Below are positions 1 to 12,000 of a stretch of DNA of 64,000 nucleotides, piece after piece. Position 1 is the stretch's first letter. Each line of letters starts with the position of its first letter. This DNA is from Spirochaetaceae bacterium (GTDB lineage: Bacteria; Spirochaetota; Spirochaetia; DSM-2461), in contig JAOPTT010000006.1 in NCBI GenBank assembly GCA_051531975.1, forward strand, positions 192,656 through 256,655. The letters are read 5' to 3'. The notes under the pieces were generated by a model. The model saw only the letters and a program-made list of their open reading frames with translations. It was not told the origin of the DNA and did not search any database. Position numbers and translations under genes: made by a program.

Positions 1-702
1 GAAGCTTTTTAATGTGGATTTAAGGTTAAATACAGGATATCCCTGTTCTATTAAATTAGAAATATTTTTTACAGTATAAATCCTCTGTTCCATGTCTAGA
101 CAAAGTTCATCAGCAACTCTATATGGGGTATGAAAGTTAAATGAGATTCCATTTAATTTTGGATGTTCTTTAGCATAAATTGTAAGTTTATTAACCTCTG
201 AAACATTCAACCTATTAATCGCCATGAATACTGAGATATTATTAACTGTTGCTTTATCAAGATTACTCTCTATAAGATCAAAAGTCTCTCCTCTTATAGA
301 GTTATGTACATCTTTAGTTCCATCTAGACTCAAAAAAATCAGATCAACTTCAGGAATATTCAGATTTATAGTTCCATTTGTTACAATATTAATTAGGAAG
401 AAGCCAATCTCCCGTGCTTTATTTATCAGATCATATATATTTTTATCCTCATGAGCCCATAGAAGAGTCTCTCCACCGGATAAAAAAAGAATTCTTATTC
501 CCTCTTTGTAAAACTTCAACATCTCATTCTCGATATCAATATATGCATACATCTTTTGATTAATATTATTTACAGAGCAGTGTTTGCAATTAAGATTACA
601 ATAATCTGTTACTATTATTGTTCCAAGTATAGGTCTCTTAGACCTTGTAATTACAGACTTAAATCCAAAAGTAATCAATCTAAATAAATCTCTATTTCTC
701 AT
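1..702 (-). CDS. Radical SAM protein (3'-partial, runs off window start)
   Basis: Not in the ORF track. Manual translation from ATG at 702 gives MRNRDLFRLITFGFKSVITRSKRPILGTIIVTDYCNLNCKHCSV..., with CxxxCxxC, LSGGE, VTNG and SLDG motifs. The frame stays open to base 1 and starts 10 nt after the upstream radical SAM gene. Confidence 0.88.
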   Translation of the reverse strand, partial: MRNRDLFRLITFGFKSVITRSKRPILGTIIVTDYCNLNCKHCSVNNINQKMYAYIDIENEMLKFYKEGIRILFLSGGETLLWAHEDKNIYDLINKAREIGFFLINIVTNGTINLNIPEVDLIFLSLDGTKDVHNSIRGETFDLIESNLDKATVNNISVFMAINRLNVSEVNKLTIYAKEHPKLNGISFNFHTPYRVADELCLDMEQRIYTVKNISNLIEQGYPVFNLKSTLKSF

Positions 703-712
703 TAGTTTAATT

Positions 713-1966
713 TTAGTATAAGTCCAGACCTTTTACCCATGGTTTTTTTAGGGAGTATTTCCAGGTTTTATCTATATATTGATGAGTATAAACTTGTTCG
801 ACAATATGAAATAGATAACTGCCTCTTGTCGTAACGATCCAGTTACTATTTTTTTGTTTTAATAAACCTAGTATTTTTCCTAAAAAGAGTGTGATTCTGA
901 ACTCAATATTTAATGATCTATGAAACAGATTATAAAACCTCTCCTCAGAAATTACACCGTTGTATATATTCCAGAAGAACCAATAGAGTTGTCTGCTACG
1001 TTTAGTAAATGTAAGATTTAGATTTGTTGGGATAGTTTTATTATTAATAGTCTCTATATAGTGATCAACCGAGAATACATTGGATTTAAAACAATCCATA
1101 CCTAATGTTGTTGCACTAGCTCCAAAGCCTACAAAATTATCTCTTGTAATTGATGAATATTTTAAAGAACCTTTTTTTGAAAAAGTCCAAACAGATGTAC
1201 GTATGAATCCAAGCTCTTCTGAGATAGTTAATAGTTCATCTAAAAGTCTTTTTTTTGCCAATAACCCTAAAGGTTTTTTTATATTTTCTGCATAAGAGAA
1301 ATCTATATATGGATATGTTGATATCTGAGTTGCCCCATGTTCAACAGCGGTTCTAAAATCTGAGACCAGCTGTTCAGAAGTTTGTCCTGGGATACCAAAT
1401 ATAAGATCAACATCTATCACTTTAAAACCACTATGACTAAGGGTTGTTAAAGGTGTTATCATATCTATCTCTTCTCTGCCCAGTTCTCTATTTAACTCTT
1501 TAGAAAATGATTGCACTCCAAGGCTAACCATATCTATATTTGAACGTTTTAGTATATCGATAAGTTCATCGGTTACATCTGACGGATTTAACTCTATGCC
1601 TCTACTGCCTATAATATTAAAATATCTGTCTATAGTAGTATTTATTTCCAGTAGTCTACCTCCTGCAAGGGCGGGGCTGCCTCCACCAAAATATAGAGAT
1701 GTTAAATCTTTCTTATTGGAGAAACTTCTGTTTGCCACTAATTTAATCTCCTCTAAAAGAGAGTCTATATAGGTATTTATAAGTTCTTTTTTATATAAAA
1801 CTTTATAATAAGGACAGAATGAACAGATACTTTTACAGAAAGGGATATGTATATATCCACCAAGATTTTGTACATTTAAATTAGGAAGAGAGTCACGTTT
1901 TGATCTGAACCTGAAGGGTTTTACCTGTTTAGCAAGAAATAATCTTAAGATTGATGTTAATATCAT
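713..1966 (-). CDS. HemN-like (class C) radical SAM enzyme
   Basis: YIHIPFCKSICSFCPY, YFGGGSP, SLGVQSF and DLIFGIPGQT motifs. Lacks the HemN RNFQGY and HemW HNxxYW motifs. Confidence 0.85.
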   Translation of the reverse strand: MILTSILRLFLAKQVKPFRFRSKRDSLPNLNVQNLGGYIHIPFCKSICSFCPYYKVLYKKELINTYIDSLLEEIKLVANRSFSNKKDLTSLYFGGGSPALAGGRLLEINTTIDRYFNIIGSRGIELNPSDVTDELIDILKRSNIDMVSLGVQSFSKELNRELGREEIDMITPLTTLSHSGFKVIDVDLIFGIPGQTSEQLVSDFRTAVEHGATQISTYPYIDFSYAENIKKPLGLLAKKRLLDELLTISEELGFIRTSVWTFSKKGSLKYSSITRDNFVGFGASATTLGMDCFKSNVFSVDHYIETINNKTIPTNLNLTFTKRSRQLYWFFWNIYNGVISEERFYNLFHRSLNIEFRITLFLGKILGLLKQKNSNWIVTTRGSYLFHIVEQVYTHQYIDKTWKYSLKKPWVKGLDLY

Positions 1967-2168
1967 ACTTAAATTGTAATGTTTTTTTATCTATATGTGA
2001 TAAATAAACTGATTAAGAATCCTAAAACCACTTATATAACAATGATCCAACTTAAAAACAATGAGAAGTATACAAATAATTCCTCAATAGAATAGATAAT
2101 ACTGGTTACAAAAAAGAGTATATTATAATTATTTTGACTACAAATAAAAATTATTATAGTATTTCAGT

Positions 2169-3731
2169 ATGATTAAAAAGGGACTTTACTATTTTGCCGT
2201 ATTATTATTCCTAGTTTCGTGCAATCAAGATCTTGATTCGACTATTGTTTCTAATTGGCAGGTCCTATACTCTCAAACAGAAAATATCCATGAAGTTTAT
2301 TCATTGGAAGAGTGGTTGGATATTGATATTGGAATACCAATAAGTCTTCCATACCCACAAAAGCACACATTTCAATATGTGTGGCTAAAGGGGAGCTTTA
2401 ATACACCTAAAGATTATACAAAATTATATGGAATTTCTATCTCAAAATTATCAATGGTTGATCGAGTGTATATAAATGGAGGGCTGATAGGGTATCTAAA
2501 TGAAGAAGAGGTTCACAATTTAGATAGTTCACGTAGTTATATCATCCCGACAGGAATTATTGATAAAGGGAAGAACGATGTTTATATCAGGGCAGGTGCT
2601 TATGATGAATGGGATATTGAAATTTCTAGATCTATACTGATTCAAGATGCAGAAAAGTTTAGAAGTATGAGAAAACAAAATCAACTCCTCTCTGAATTTC
2701 TACCTTTTTCAATACTAACTATTATCGTAGGTACGTTTTTTTCTTTTCTTTTTAAATCGGCTTATGAAAAATGGAATAAAGAGTACCTAATATTAGCTAT
2801 ACGATTAATAATTGTAATCTTATGTTATTTGACATTTTATTCACCCATTCCCATTTTTTCTATTAAAACAATTATTGCAATCTGGAAAATGGTGTTACCG
2901 TTATTTTTTATAACTATGATCATTTTATATCAGGAAATTTATAAAATTCATTTTGAAAAGCTTAATTTAACCATTATTCCATTTTTGGCTGGAATATCAA
3001 CAGTTGTATTCTTTTTAAGTATTAACAATATATATGAAGGTATATCTCATTTATTAGTAGGTCTAGCTATAATAGTTGCACTAATGTTCATTTTTTATAT
3101 ATTCAAAAAAATCCTTAAAAATAGGCAAAATGATTATAAATTTACTTTAGTTCTCTTTGATTCAGTAATAATTACTTTCAATATTATTATTGTTGCTATG
3201 TTTTTATTATTTAATATTACAGTAATAGACCCAAGCCTTCTGAGTATATTTAGTAGTTTGTTTTTGACAATATTATTTTCAATTTATTTTGCAAAAAGAG
3301 ATGGATTGCAAAAATTAAAAATGGAGAATCTATCTATTAGGTTAAATAAATCTGAAACAAAATCTGAGAATGTTCAAAAGTACAATATATCACCATCCTT
3401 GGAAAATAAACTAGAGAAAATCATTCTGTTTATCAGAGAAAATTATACATTCTCCATATCTAGGGAGGATCTTGCTGAAACGGTAGGTGTTAATCCCAAT
3501 TATCTTAGTTCACTATTTAATATATACACAGGAAAAAGAATTAATGAATATATAAATGACATTCGTTTGAAAAGAGCATCTGAATTATTGACTCTTCAAA
3601 ATGACTCAGTTACCGATGTAGCATTCTCATCGGGCTTTGAGAGTCTTACAACCTTTAATCGCTTGTTTAAGAAAAAATTCGATTGTACACCGAAAGACTA
3701 CAGTAATCGTCTTGAAAGTATAAAGAAGTAG
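2169..3731 (+). CDS. Membrane-anchored AraC-family regulator (extracytoplasmic jelly-roll-like domain + 7TM + AraC HTH)
   Basis: Lipobox-like LVSC, about 7 hydrophobic helices, and C-terminal AraC motifs (SREDLAETVGVNPNYLS; VTDVAFSSGFESLTTFNRLFKKKFDCTP). Confidence 0.88.
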   Translation: MIKKGLYYFAVLLFLVSCNQDLDSTIVSNWQVLYSQTENIHEVYSLEEWLDIDIGIPISLPYPQKHTFQYVWLKGSFNTPKDYTKLYGISISKLSMVDRVYINGGLIGYLNEEEVHNLDSSRSYIIPTGIIDKGKNDVYIRAGAYDEWDIEISRSILIQDAEKFRSMRKQNQLLSEFLPFSILTIIVGTFFSFLFKSAYEKWNKEYLILAIRLIIVILCYLTFYSPIPIFSIKTIIAIWKMVLPLFFITMIILYQEIYKIHFEKLNLTIIPFLAGISTVVFFLSINNIYEGISHLLVGLAIIVALMFIFYIFKKILKNRQNDYKFTLVLFDSVIITFNIIIVAMFLLFNITVIDPSLLSIFSSLFLTILFSIYFAKRDGLQKLKMENLSIRLNKSETKSENVQKYNISPSLENKLEKIILFIRENYTFSISREDLAETVGVNPNYLSSLFNIYTGKRINEYINDIRLKRASELLTLQNDSVTDVAFSSGFESLTTFNRLFKKKFDCTPKDYSNRLESIKK

Positions 3732-3821
3732 TAACCATTTATTCAAATTTGAGTTAATGATTAGCTAATAACTTATAAAAATCATAGATTTCTCCTAAAT
3801 AAAACATTTAAGGAGATTTTT

Positions 3822-4622
3822 ATGAATAAGAAAAATTGGATTTTGATATTCATCCCGATACTAATAATGACAACCATAGCTTCATTATTTAGTCTACTAA
3901 CTATGGACTTTTACTTTAGAGATTCTACAATTATTGCAGTAAAAAGTCATTATCTAGATTTGATCAACATTTGCATCGTAGTTCCATTAGGGATTGTAAT
4001 GTTTATCTTGGGTATGAAAAACCATTATTGGGCCAAACTATTCATAATGGGGATTATGGCATATTTGGCATTTATGTTTGGATTTAATTCTTTGAGTCTA
4101 TTTTTTAATGAGCTTTTTTTAATTTATGTTTCGCTTTTTAGCCTCAATATTTTTGGTATCATTCTAGGATATGAGGATGTTAAACAATCAGGGAATTATC
4201 TGGAAAATACTATTAAAATGAGAATTTCTGGTATATTTTTGGTGTTTTTTGCAATAACCGCTTATTCAGCATGGTTAATCGAAGTCATTTCATCAACTAT
4301 ATATGGCCTCATACCAGAAAGCATTGGAGGTATGAATCTACCGGTTAGTGTTGTTCATGTATTTGATATGGCATTTGCACTTCCAATTATTGTCTTCGGT
4401 GCAGTATTGCTTTTTAAAGGTAAAATATCAGGATTAATTATTTCATCCATAATGGTGGTCTTTGTATTTTTGGTTTGCATCAGTGTTTTTGGAATGGAAT
4501 TGGCTTTGCAATATCAGCATATGCCTATTGATGAGGGGAAACTCTACTCAATGTATTTATTAATTCCATTATGTATATTCCCACTGATAAATTTATTAAA
4601 AGCCACTTCTAAAAGATTTTAG
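3822..4622 (+). CDS. Polytopic membrane protein of unknown function
   Basis: 266-aa ORF with about 8 TM segments and an AGGAG RBS. Confidence 0.75.
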   Translation: MNKKNWILIFIPILIMTTIASLFSLLTMDFYFRDSTIIAVKSHYLDLINICIVVPLGIVMFILGMKNHYWAKLFIMGIMAYLAFMFGFNSLSLFFNELFLIYVSLFSLNIFGIILGYEDVKQSGNYLENTIKMRISGIFLVFFAITAYSAWLIEVISSTIYGLIPESIGGMNLPVSVVHVFDMAFALPIIVFGAVLLFKGKISGLIISSIMVVFVFLVCISVFGMELALQYQHMPIDEGKLYSMYLLIPLCIFPLINLLKATSKRF

Positions 4623-4731
4623 ACATTTTTTGGTAAGATCTCTTCAAGTGATGAAGTTCGAAACCTAAGCTGCAACACATCAAGAGAATTAATCATTAGG
4701 AATAGAGATAATTTTTTATAATTATTCTCAA

Positions 4732-5010
4732 ATGGATTTATATACTTCATAAAAAGTAAAAGATTTAGTTTTGGAAATGTTAGAGAAGAAGGTTACAAAG
4801 TTTATTATAAACTTAGATAAAGTTGTATATATTGATGAAATTGGAATTGGTGCATTAATATATATAACTCCTACTATTAAGAAAATTAATCTATAATTTT
4901 TGATTACAAATGTTCATAGATCAGTTAAAGAAGTTATCGAATTAACTAATCTAATGGGATATTTCCCTATGTCACCCACAGTTAATAATGCAATATCATC
5001 ATTAAAATAA
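4732..5010 (+). pseudogene. Degraded anti-sigma factor antagonist (STAS domain)
   Basis: In-frame translation MDLYTS*KVKDLVLEMLEKKVTKFIINLDKVVYIDEIGIGALIYITPTIKKINL*FLITNVHRSVKEVIELTNLMGYFPM... There are internal TAA stops at 4750 and 4894, the YIDSSG motif is eroded to YIDEIG, and the N-terminus is disrupted. Confidence 0.8.
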
Positions 5011-5139
5011 TTACATTATTTAAGATTATTTCACTATCTTTATCTCCCTTTTTTATAGTTTTTTAATGACTAAAATAAAAATTATTGAATTCCATTTGTT
5101 ATATTCTATACTTTATTGATATTATTCTGGGAGATTTCT

Positions 5140-7167
5140 ATGAGCAATGGCAATAAAACAATATCTTTAAACTCTATAGGTGGTAAGATCGTAATAATAT
5201 CCTCTATTATAGTGTTTTTTTCACTCTTATTATTATCAGCAATTTCAATTCCACAGATGAGTAATGCTATAGTTACAGAGGCTATGTCAAAACTTGTAGC
5301 TATGCAAAATAGTAAAGTTACAGCGCTTCATGATCTTTTAAATAGAACAGTCAACGATAGTAGTGTAATTGCCGACACCGTAGATATTAAAATGGCTGTA
5401 GATAATTTGATTACTTATCATAAGGAGATGGGAATATCCGCTACAGGAGATTATATTATAACAGGAGAGAGTGACGATCTAACACTTAAATATTCAGAAT
5501 TATATGCAAGTATTAATAAAAATGTTCAGAAATATAATGACATTTATAATTATTATGATGTTTTAATTGTATGTGTAAAACATGGACATGTTATGTATTC
5601 AAATGCCAGAGAGGCTGATCTGGGTTCAAATTTATCAGTTGGACAATATAAAGATAGTTCCCTAGGAAAACTCTGGAAAAAAGCTGTTACAGATAAAAAA
5701 ACTTCAATAGTTGACCTTGAATCCTACGAACCTTCTAATGGTGACCCTGCAATGTTTATTGGAAGTCCAGTATATGATGGGGAAGTAATGACTGCTCTAG
5801 TCGTTCTTCAGCCTAATAACAATTTGATTAATAAAATTATGACAAATTCAGCAGGAATGGGTGAGACTGGGGAGTCATACTGTGTTGGAGTTGATAATTT
5901 AATGCGTACTGAAAGTCGATTTTCAAAGCAAGGAGAGTCTACAATATTAAAAAGGTTTATAGATACTCCAGCCAGTCGAGTATTAGATATTGAAGTAAAA
6001 GATACAATTACAAATCAAATAGAGAACTCAAGTGGAGTTGAAGTACTATCAGCATATTCTCATGGAAGAATTGACGAGTTGTTTAATGCTGATTTTGACT
6101 GGGCTGTAATTGCAGAAATAAATAAATCTGAAATAATAAAACCAGTTAATAATTTAATTCGTGTGATTATTTTAATTGCTGTCATAATAATTATAATTGC
6201 AGTATTTATACTAATATTTGTATCAAAAACTATAACAACTCCAATAATCTTAGCAGTTGAAGTAGCAGAAAAGATATCTTCAGGTAATCTAGATGTTAAT
6301 ATTGAAAGTAAATATCTAAATAGAAAGGATGAGACAGGAGCCCTCTCAGTCTCTTTGCAGACAATGATAAAACAGTTAACCGAGGTCGTTGGAAGTGTGA
6401 TTACAGGTTCTGAACAGATGGCTACAGCTTCAAATCAGCTTTCAAACGGCAACCATGATCTGACTGTTAGAACAGAAGCTCAGGCCTCATCTCTACAAGA
6501 AACTTCAGCAGCTATAGAGCAGATGAACTCTTCAATTAGATCTAATGCAGATAATACAACAACTGCTGATCAGCTATCCCGGGATGCTCTAGTTAAGACC
6601 GAGGATGGTTCAAGAACGGTGCATTCTATGATAGATTCTATGAATGAAATTAGTACATCAAGTAATACCATTTCAGAAATTATTGATGTTATTAATAATA
6701 TAGCCTTCCAGACAAATCTTTTAGCACTAAATGCATCAATCGAAGCTGCAAGAGCTGGAGAACAAGGTAAAGGTTTTGCAGTCGTAGCTGTAGAGGTCAG
6801 AAAACTAGCAAAACGTTCAGATAAAGCAGCAACAGAGATATCCGAAATTATTAAAAATAGTAATAAAAAGGTTTCTGAAGGTTTGGATATGGCAAATGGT
6901 GCAGGAGATATGCTTAATGAGATTAATGGTGCAGTTAAAAAAGTAGCTGTATTAATTACAGAAATCTCAGCTTCCTCTCAGGAACAACTTACAAGTGTGG
7001 ATCAGATCGATAATACACTTTCTACCCTTGATGAAAATACTCAAAAAAATGCATCACTGGTTGAAGAAGCAGGTGCAGCTACTGAAGAGTTATCTACTCA
7101 AGCGGAAGAATTGTTAAACAAAATGAAATTTTTTAAGCTGTCTGAAGAGAAACATTTACTTACATAA
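5140..7167 (+). CDS. Methyl-accepting chemotaxis protein (Cache-like periplasmic domain, HAMP)
   Basis: Two TMs, HAMP (RKDETGAL) and the MA hairpin [33 protein letters not shown] 5140 follows a GGGAGA RBS; the ORF track starts at TTG 5116. Confidence 0.93.
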   Translation: MSNGNKTISLNSIGGKIVIISSIIVFFSLLLLSAISIPQMSNAIVTEAMSKLVAMQNSKVTALHDLLNRTVNDSSVIADTVDIKMAVDNLITYHKEMGISATGDYIITGESDDLTLKYSELYASINKNVQKYNDIYNYYDVLIVCVKHGHVMYSNAREADLGSNLSVGQYKDSSLGKLWKKAVTDKKTSIVDLESYEPSNGDPAMFIGSPVYDGEVMTALVVLQPNNNLINKIMTNSAGMGETGESYCVGVDNLMRTESRFSKQGESTILKRFIDTPASRVLDIEVKDTITNQIENSSGVEVLSAYSHGRIDELFNADFDWAVIAEINKSEIIKPVNNLIRVIILIAVIIIIIAVFILIFVSKTITTPIILAVEVAEKISSGNLDVNIESKYLNRKDETGALSVSLQTMIKQLTEVVGSVITGSEQMATASNQLSNGNHDLTVRTEAQASSLQETSAAIEQMNSSIRSNADNTTTADQLSRDALVKTEDGSRTVHSMIDSMNEISTSSNTISEIIDVINNIAFQTNLLALNASIEAARAGEQGKGFAVVAVEVRKLAKRSDKAATEISEIIKNSNKKVSEGLDMANGAGDMLNEINGAVKKVAVLITEISASSQEQLTSVDQIDNTLSTLDENTQKNASLVEEAGAATEELSTQAEELLNKMKFFKLSEEKHLLT

Positions 7168-7190
7168 CTAAAAAATAAAGTAGCAAATAC

Positions 7191-7214
7191 TGATGCCCAC
7201 AATTATGGGCATCA
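7191..7214. terminator. Probable bidirectional terminator hairpin
   Basis: TGATGCCCA-caatta-TGGGCATCA, a perfect 9-bp stem between convergent genes. Confidence 0.7.
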
Positions 7215-7220
7215 AATATA

Positions 7221-8576
7221 TTATAGTCCTATTACTTTATTAAGAAATACAATTGCAATTAATATTGGTGTTATAAACTTTATCATAACAAAAAACATAT
7301 TAAGGTACTTACCTTTAAACTTACCATTACATGTAAGTTCATCCTCAACATCTTTCCTCTTCATAATCCAACCAGTAAAAATTGAAACTGATAGTGCAAC
7401 AAGTGGAAGCATCCAGTTAGCTGTTAAGTAGTCTGCAAAATCAAATAGATTCATATTAAAAACAGAGATACTACTTATGGCAGATGATGGCGACATGGAA
7501 AGAGAGAATATAGCTCCAATAATAATAAGGGCAATAATTACCAGAATGGTTGATCGTCTTCGTCCTAATTTAAAGTCTTCAGAAACATATGCAACTGTAA
7601 CTTCAAGCAGTGACACTGTGGATGTTAGAGCTGCAATCGCAAGTAATAAAAAGAATATTATCTGGAAAAATGCCCCACCAGCCATCTGGTTAAATATATT
7701 TGGAAGAGTAATAAATACTAACCCAGGACCTGATGCAGGTTCAATATTAAATGCAAATACAGCAGGAAATATTGCTACACCAGCAAGCAGTGCAATTATT
7801 GTATCAGCTGCACCAACTTGAATTGCAGTAGCACCTAAACTAATTTCTTTATTTATATATGAACCATATGTAAGCATTATACCCATTCCTAAACTTAAAG
7901 TAAAAAATGCATGCCCAAGAGCCTCTAGAACTCCATCTTTAGTAAGTTTAGAGAAGTCAGGTTGAAATAAGAATTTAAGACCTTCCGATGCACCATCAAG
8001 AGTGACAGCTCTTACATTTAAAATAATTATAATAACTAGTAAAAATGGCATCAAGATTTTTGAAGCTTTCTCAATTCCATTATGAACACCAAATACAACA
8101 ACAATTCCTGTTAAGATCATAAACATTGTCTGATAAATAATTGGTTCAACTGGACTAGTAATAAATCCTGTAAAAATACCAGCAATTTCATCAGGAGTTT
8201 TTCCTGCTGAACCACCTGTAAATGCAAGGTTTATATATTTTAATGTCCAACCAGCAACAACTCCATAAAAAGCTAATATAAAAAATGATGTACCCATGGC
8301 TAATCCACCAGGGATTTTCCAAGCTTTTAAGCCACTTAATTTTGTAAACCCATCTACTGCATTAGTTTCACTTCTTCTACCAATTAACATTTCTGATATT
8401 AAAATAGGTAAACCAATTAATACAATACAAATCAAGTACACAATTAAAAATGCACCACCACCATTTTGACCTGTAATATATGGAAACTTCCATATATTAC
8501 CTAAACCAATTGCAGAACCAGCTGCTGCTGCAATGATACCAAATTTAGATGAAAATGCATCTCTTTTTTCTAACAT
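7221..8576 (-). CDS. Sodium-dependent transporter, NSS/SNF family
   Basis: AAAGSAIGLGNIWKFPY...NGGGAF, AFFTLSLGMG and GPGLVFITLP signatures; about 12 TM. Confidence 0.93.
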   Translation of the reverse strand: MLEKRDAFSSKFGIIAAAAGSAIGLGNIWKFPYITGQNGGGAFLIVYLICIVLIGLPILISEMLIGRRSETNAVDGFTKLSGLKAWKIPGGLAMGTSFFILAFYGVVAGWTLKYINLAFTGGSAGKTPDEIAGIFTGFITSPVEPIIYQTMFMILTGIVVVFGVHNGIEKASKILMPFLLVIIIILNVRAVTLDGASEGLKFLFQPDFSKLTKDGVLEALGHAFFTLSLGMGIMLTYGSYINKEISLGATAIQVGAADTIIALLAGVAIFPAVFAFNIEPASGPGLVFITLPNIFNQMAGGAFFQIIFFLLLAIAALTSTVSLLEVTVAYVSEDFKLGRRRSTILVIIALIIIGAIFSLSMSPSSAISSISVFNMNLFDFADYLTANWMLPLVALSVSIFTGWIMKRKDVEDELTCNGKFKGKYLNMFFVMIKFITPILIAIVFLNKVIGL

Positions 8577-9057
8577 AAAACAAACTCCAATTTTTATTGA
8601 AGATAGTACAATACATTAACTTAATAATATATATGCCATTATTTAGTTTTGACATATATTGATCGTGAATTGATGATTATATAAATATAATATACCTATA
8701 TGGTGGTAATGATCCAAATTTTATTTAGGTATAGTGTTTAGGGAAACGTTTTAAAATTGTAACGAAAGTACGATTTACGTGTAATTATGGGTATATTCAT
8801 GCTATTAGTGTTGTTTTTGATATTCTTCAGCCTGCTATTATTAAAATTGAACTTTTATGTTAAAAAAGACTAAAACTGATTTATATTTAGAAAAACTGGT
8901 TTAATTTAAAAAAGTAAATATTAAATTATATAAAATTTCATTATAATATTCTTTGAACTTTTTTGAGTTATTTAACATATTAAACAACTTAATTTAATCA
9001 GGTGTTTTTTGATGAAAAAGTGTTTTAATAAAGTATACATATCCGTATAATACACAT

Positions 9058-12000
9058 ATGAAAAACCTTCTTTTAAGTATAGCTTCGTTATTTTTTTTAC
9101 TCTTTCTTTTTATACCTTCTAATATAGGAGCAAAAGAACCAGCATCTTTAGAACAAGTAACACTCCAATTAAGCTGGAAAAATCAGTTTCAGTTTGCAGG
9201 CTTTTATGTAGCTACTGAACTGGGTTTCTATAAAGATGCTGGACTTGAAGTAGATATAAATGAAGTAGAATCTGATATGTTGGTAACCGAAGAAGTTCTC
9301 TCGGGTAGAGCACACTTTGGTATGGGTAGATCAGGTTTGGTTCTAGAAAAAATGGAAGGTAAAGATGTACATTTACTTTCAGCTATATTACAACATTCGC
9401 CATTTATACTTTTAGGTAAAAAAGCTGAAAATCTTAAAAGTATTGATGATATTAAAAATAAAAAAATTATGCTACTCGACGATGAAGTCTTTATGGCTGA
9501 AGTTATTGCAATGCTTAAAACCAATAATTTACCAAAAGGTAGCTACATAAAACAAGAGCATACTTTCAATGTTAATGATCTGATTAGTGGGAAGACAGAC
9601 CTAATTGCAGCATATACATCAAATGAGCCATACCAGTTATTAAAAAGTGGACTTGAGCCTGTAGTATTTTCACCTAGAACTTATGGGTTCGATTTTTATG
9701 GTGATATTTTATTTACTTCTTCAGAGTTACAACAAAATGATCCAGAATTAGTTTATCGGTTTCATAAAGCAAGCCTTAAAGGATGGGAATATGCATTCTC
9801 TCACATCAATGAGGCCGTAAATATTATTCTGGAAAAGTATAATACCCAAAATAGAACATTTGATTCATTAGTCTTTGAAGGAAATGAACTTAAAAAATTA
9901 GCTTATGATCCTGGAGTTGAATTTGGAAAAATTGATTTAGGACGTATTAAACAGATATCCTTAACATATCATTTAATGGGTTTAGCATCAAAAAGTTTGC
10001 CAGAAAACAGTTCTTTCATAGCTGACCAAATTACTGAAGACAGGGTATTACTTTCAAGAATTGAACGTGAATGGTTAGAAGATCACTTAAAAATTAGAAT
10101 TGCAGCATTAAATGACTTTCCTCCATTCCATTATGTTGATAGTTCTGGTGCTTATGCTGGTATTGCAGTTGATATGCTAAAAATAATATCCTCCAGAATT
10201 GGATTTAATATTGAACCTACTTTTGGTTCCTGGCCAGAGGGACTCGATGCTGTAGAATCAAAAGAATTAGACCTATTACCTGAAATCGTAAATACATTAG
10301 AACGTAGAGAATATTTAAACTTTACTGAACCGATATTGACTGTTCCACATGTATTAGCTATTCCTAAGGACTCAAACATTCGTACTAGTTCAGAATTGAC
10401 AGGTAAAACAGTTGTATTAGAAAAAGGATATTACACAGTTCAATTTGTTAAAGATACATACCCAGATGTTAAAATAATAGAGGTAGATTCAACTATAGAT
10501 GCCTTAGTTACTCTATCAATAAAAGATGCCGATTTCTACATAGGGAACCTATCCCTAATTTCTTACCTTATTGAACAAAATAGTCTTTCAGGTATTAAGA
10601 CAATTCCTTTTAATGCTTTAGGACCACTAAAACTTTCTATTGGTGTTAGAAAAGATTGGAAAGAACTTATTCCTATTTTGGAAAAAGGTTTAGCTTCAAT
10701 AACATTAAAAGAGCGGCGTGAGATCTCAGAAAGGTATGTGCCCAATGCATATAATGTTGAAGGAGAATTAATCCTATCAGATGATGAGAAAAACTGGTTA
10801 AAAAATAATAAAATATTTAAACTTGATGGGTCTACAGATTGGGCTCCATTTGAATTTCTAAACGACCAAGGTATATATTCTGGAATCACCTCAGAATATT
10901 GCTCATGGTTAGAAGAAAACCTGAATATTTCCCTTGATATAAATACTGAAAGAGACAAGGAAGAATCGTTAATAGCAATAAAAAGTGGTGAGATAGATAT
11001 CATTCCGTCACTTATGCGAACTCCAGAAAGGGAAGAGTTTATTGACTTTACAGAACCATACTTAAGAACCCCACTTGTAGTAATTACAAAATTAGATACT
11101 CCATATGTTGAGAGCGTTGGTAATTTAATTAATAAAACTGTGGGCGTAATTAATGATTATGCAGCTACAAATTATATAAAGAGAGATAACCCACAAATAA
11201 ATTATATAAATTTTACTAGTTCAGAAGAGGCTCTACTAGCAGTATCAGAAGGTAAAGTATTTGCTATTATTGAAAACTCAGCAGTTTTAAATTATTTATC
11301 AAAAACATTATATATTGACAACCTTAAAGTAGCTGCACCAACACCTTATTTTATAGATCTAGCATTTGGAGTTAGAAAAGGTCTGCCTGAATTGGTATCA
11401 ATATTAGATAAAGCTTTAATAAGTATACCTGAAACAGATAAAGCAGTATTTCAAGAACGATGGGTTAATGCTCGTATAATGGAAAAGATTAACTGGAAAC
11501 CTGTATGGCAAATAGGAAGTATCATTGCAATTATTGTAATTATAATTATAGGTACAACACTTAATTCTAATAGAAAACTTAGTAAAGAAATACAAGACAG
11601 AATTCATTTACAGAGAGAACTGGTCTCAGCTAAAGAGTCTGCTGAAGAAGCAACTAAAGCAAAAAGTGACTTTCTAGCTAATATGTCACATGAGATTCGA
11701 ACTCCAATGAATGCAATAATTGGATTATCACACCTTATACAGAAAACAGATCTTAATCCTAAACAAGAAGATTACATACATAAGATTTATGGATCGGCCT
11801 ATAATCTTCTGGGTATTATTAATGATATTTTAGACTTTTCAAAGATAGAAGCAGGAAAGTTAACAATGGAAACTATCAATTTTGATCTTGTAGAAGTATT
11901 TGATAATTTAGGTAGTATGATAGGTGATAAAGCCTATCATAAAAAGCTAGAACTTGTATTTCATATAAATTCTAATGTTCCCAAGAAGTTAATTGGAGAT

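Noticed and set aside
8615..8760. Inverted repeat ATATATGCCA-N11-TGACATATAT, a TGGCAT sigma54-like -24 and a LacI-like AAACGTTT upstream of the NSS transporter; possible riboswitch
   Set aside because: No TTGC at -12, the matches are AT-rich and weak, and I recognised no T-box or riboswitch consensus.
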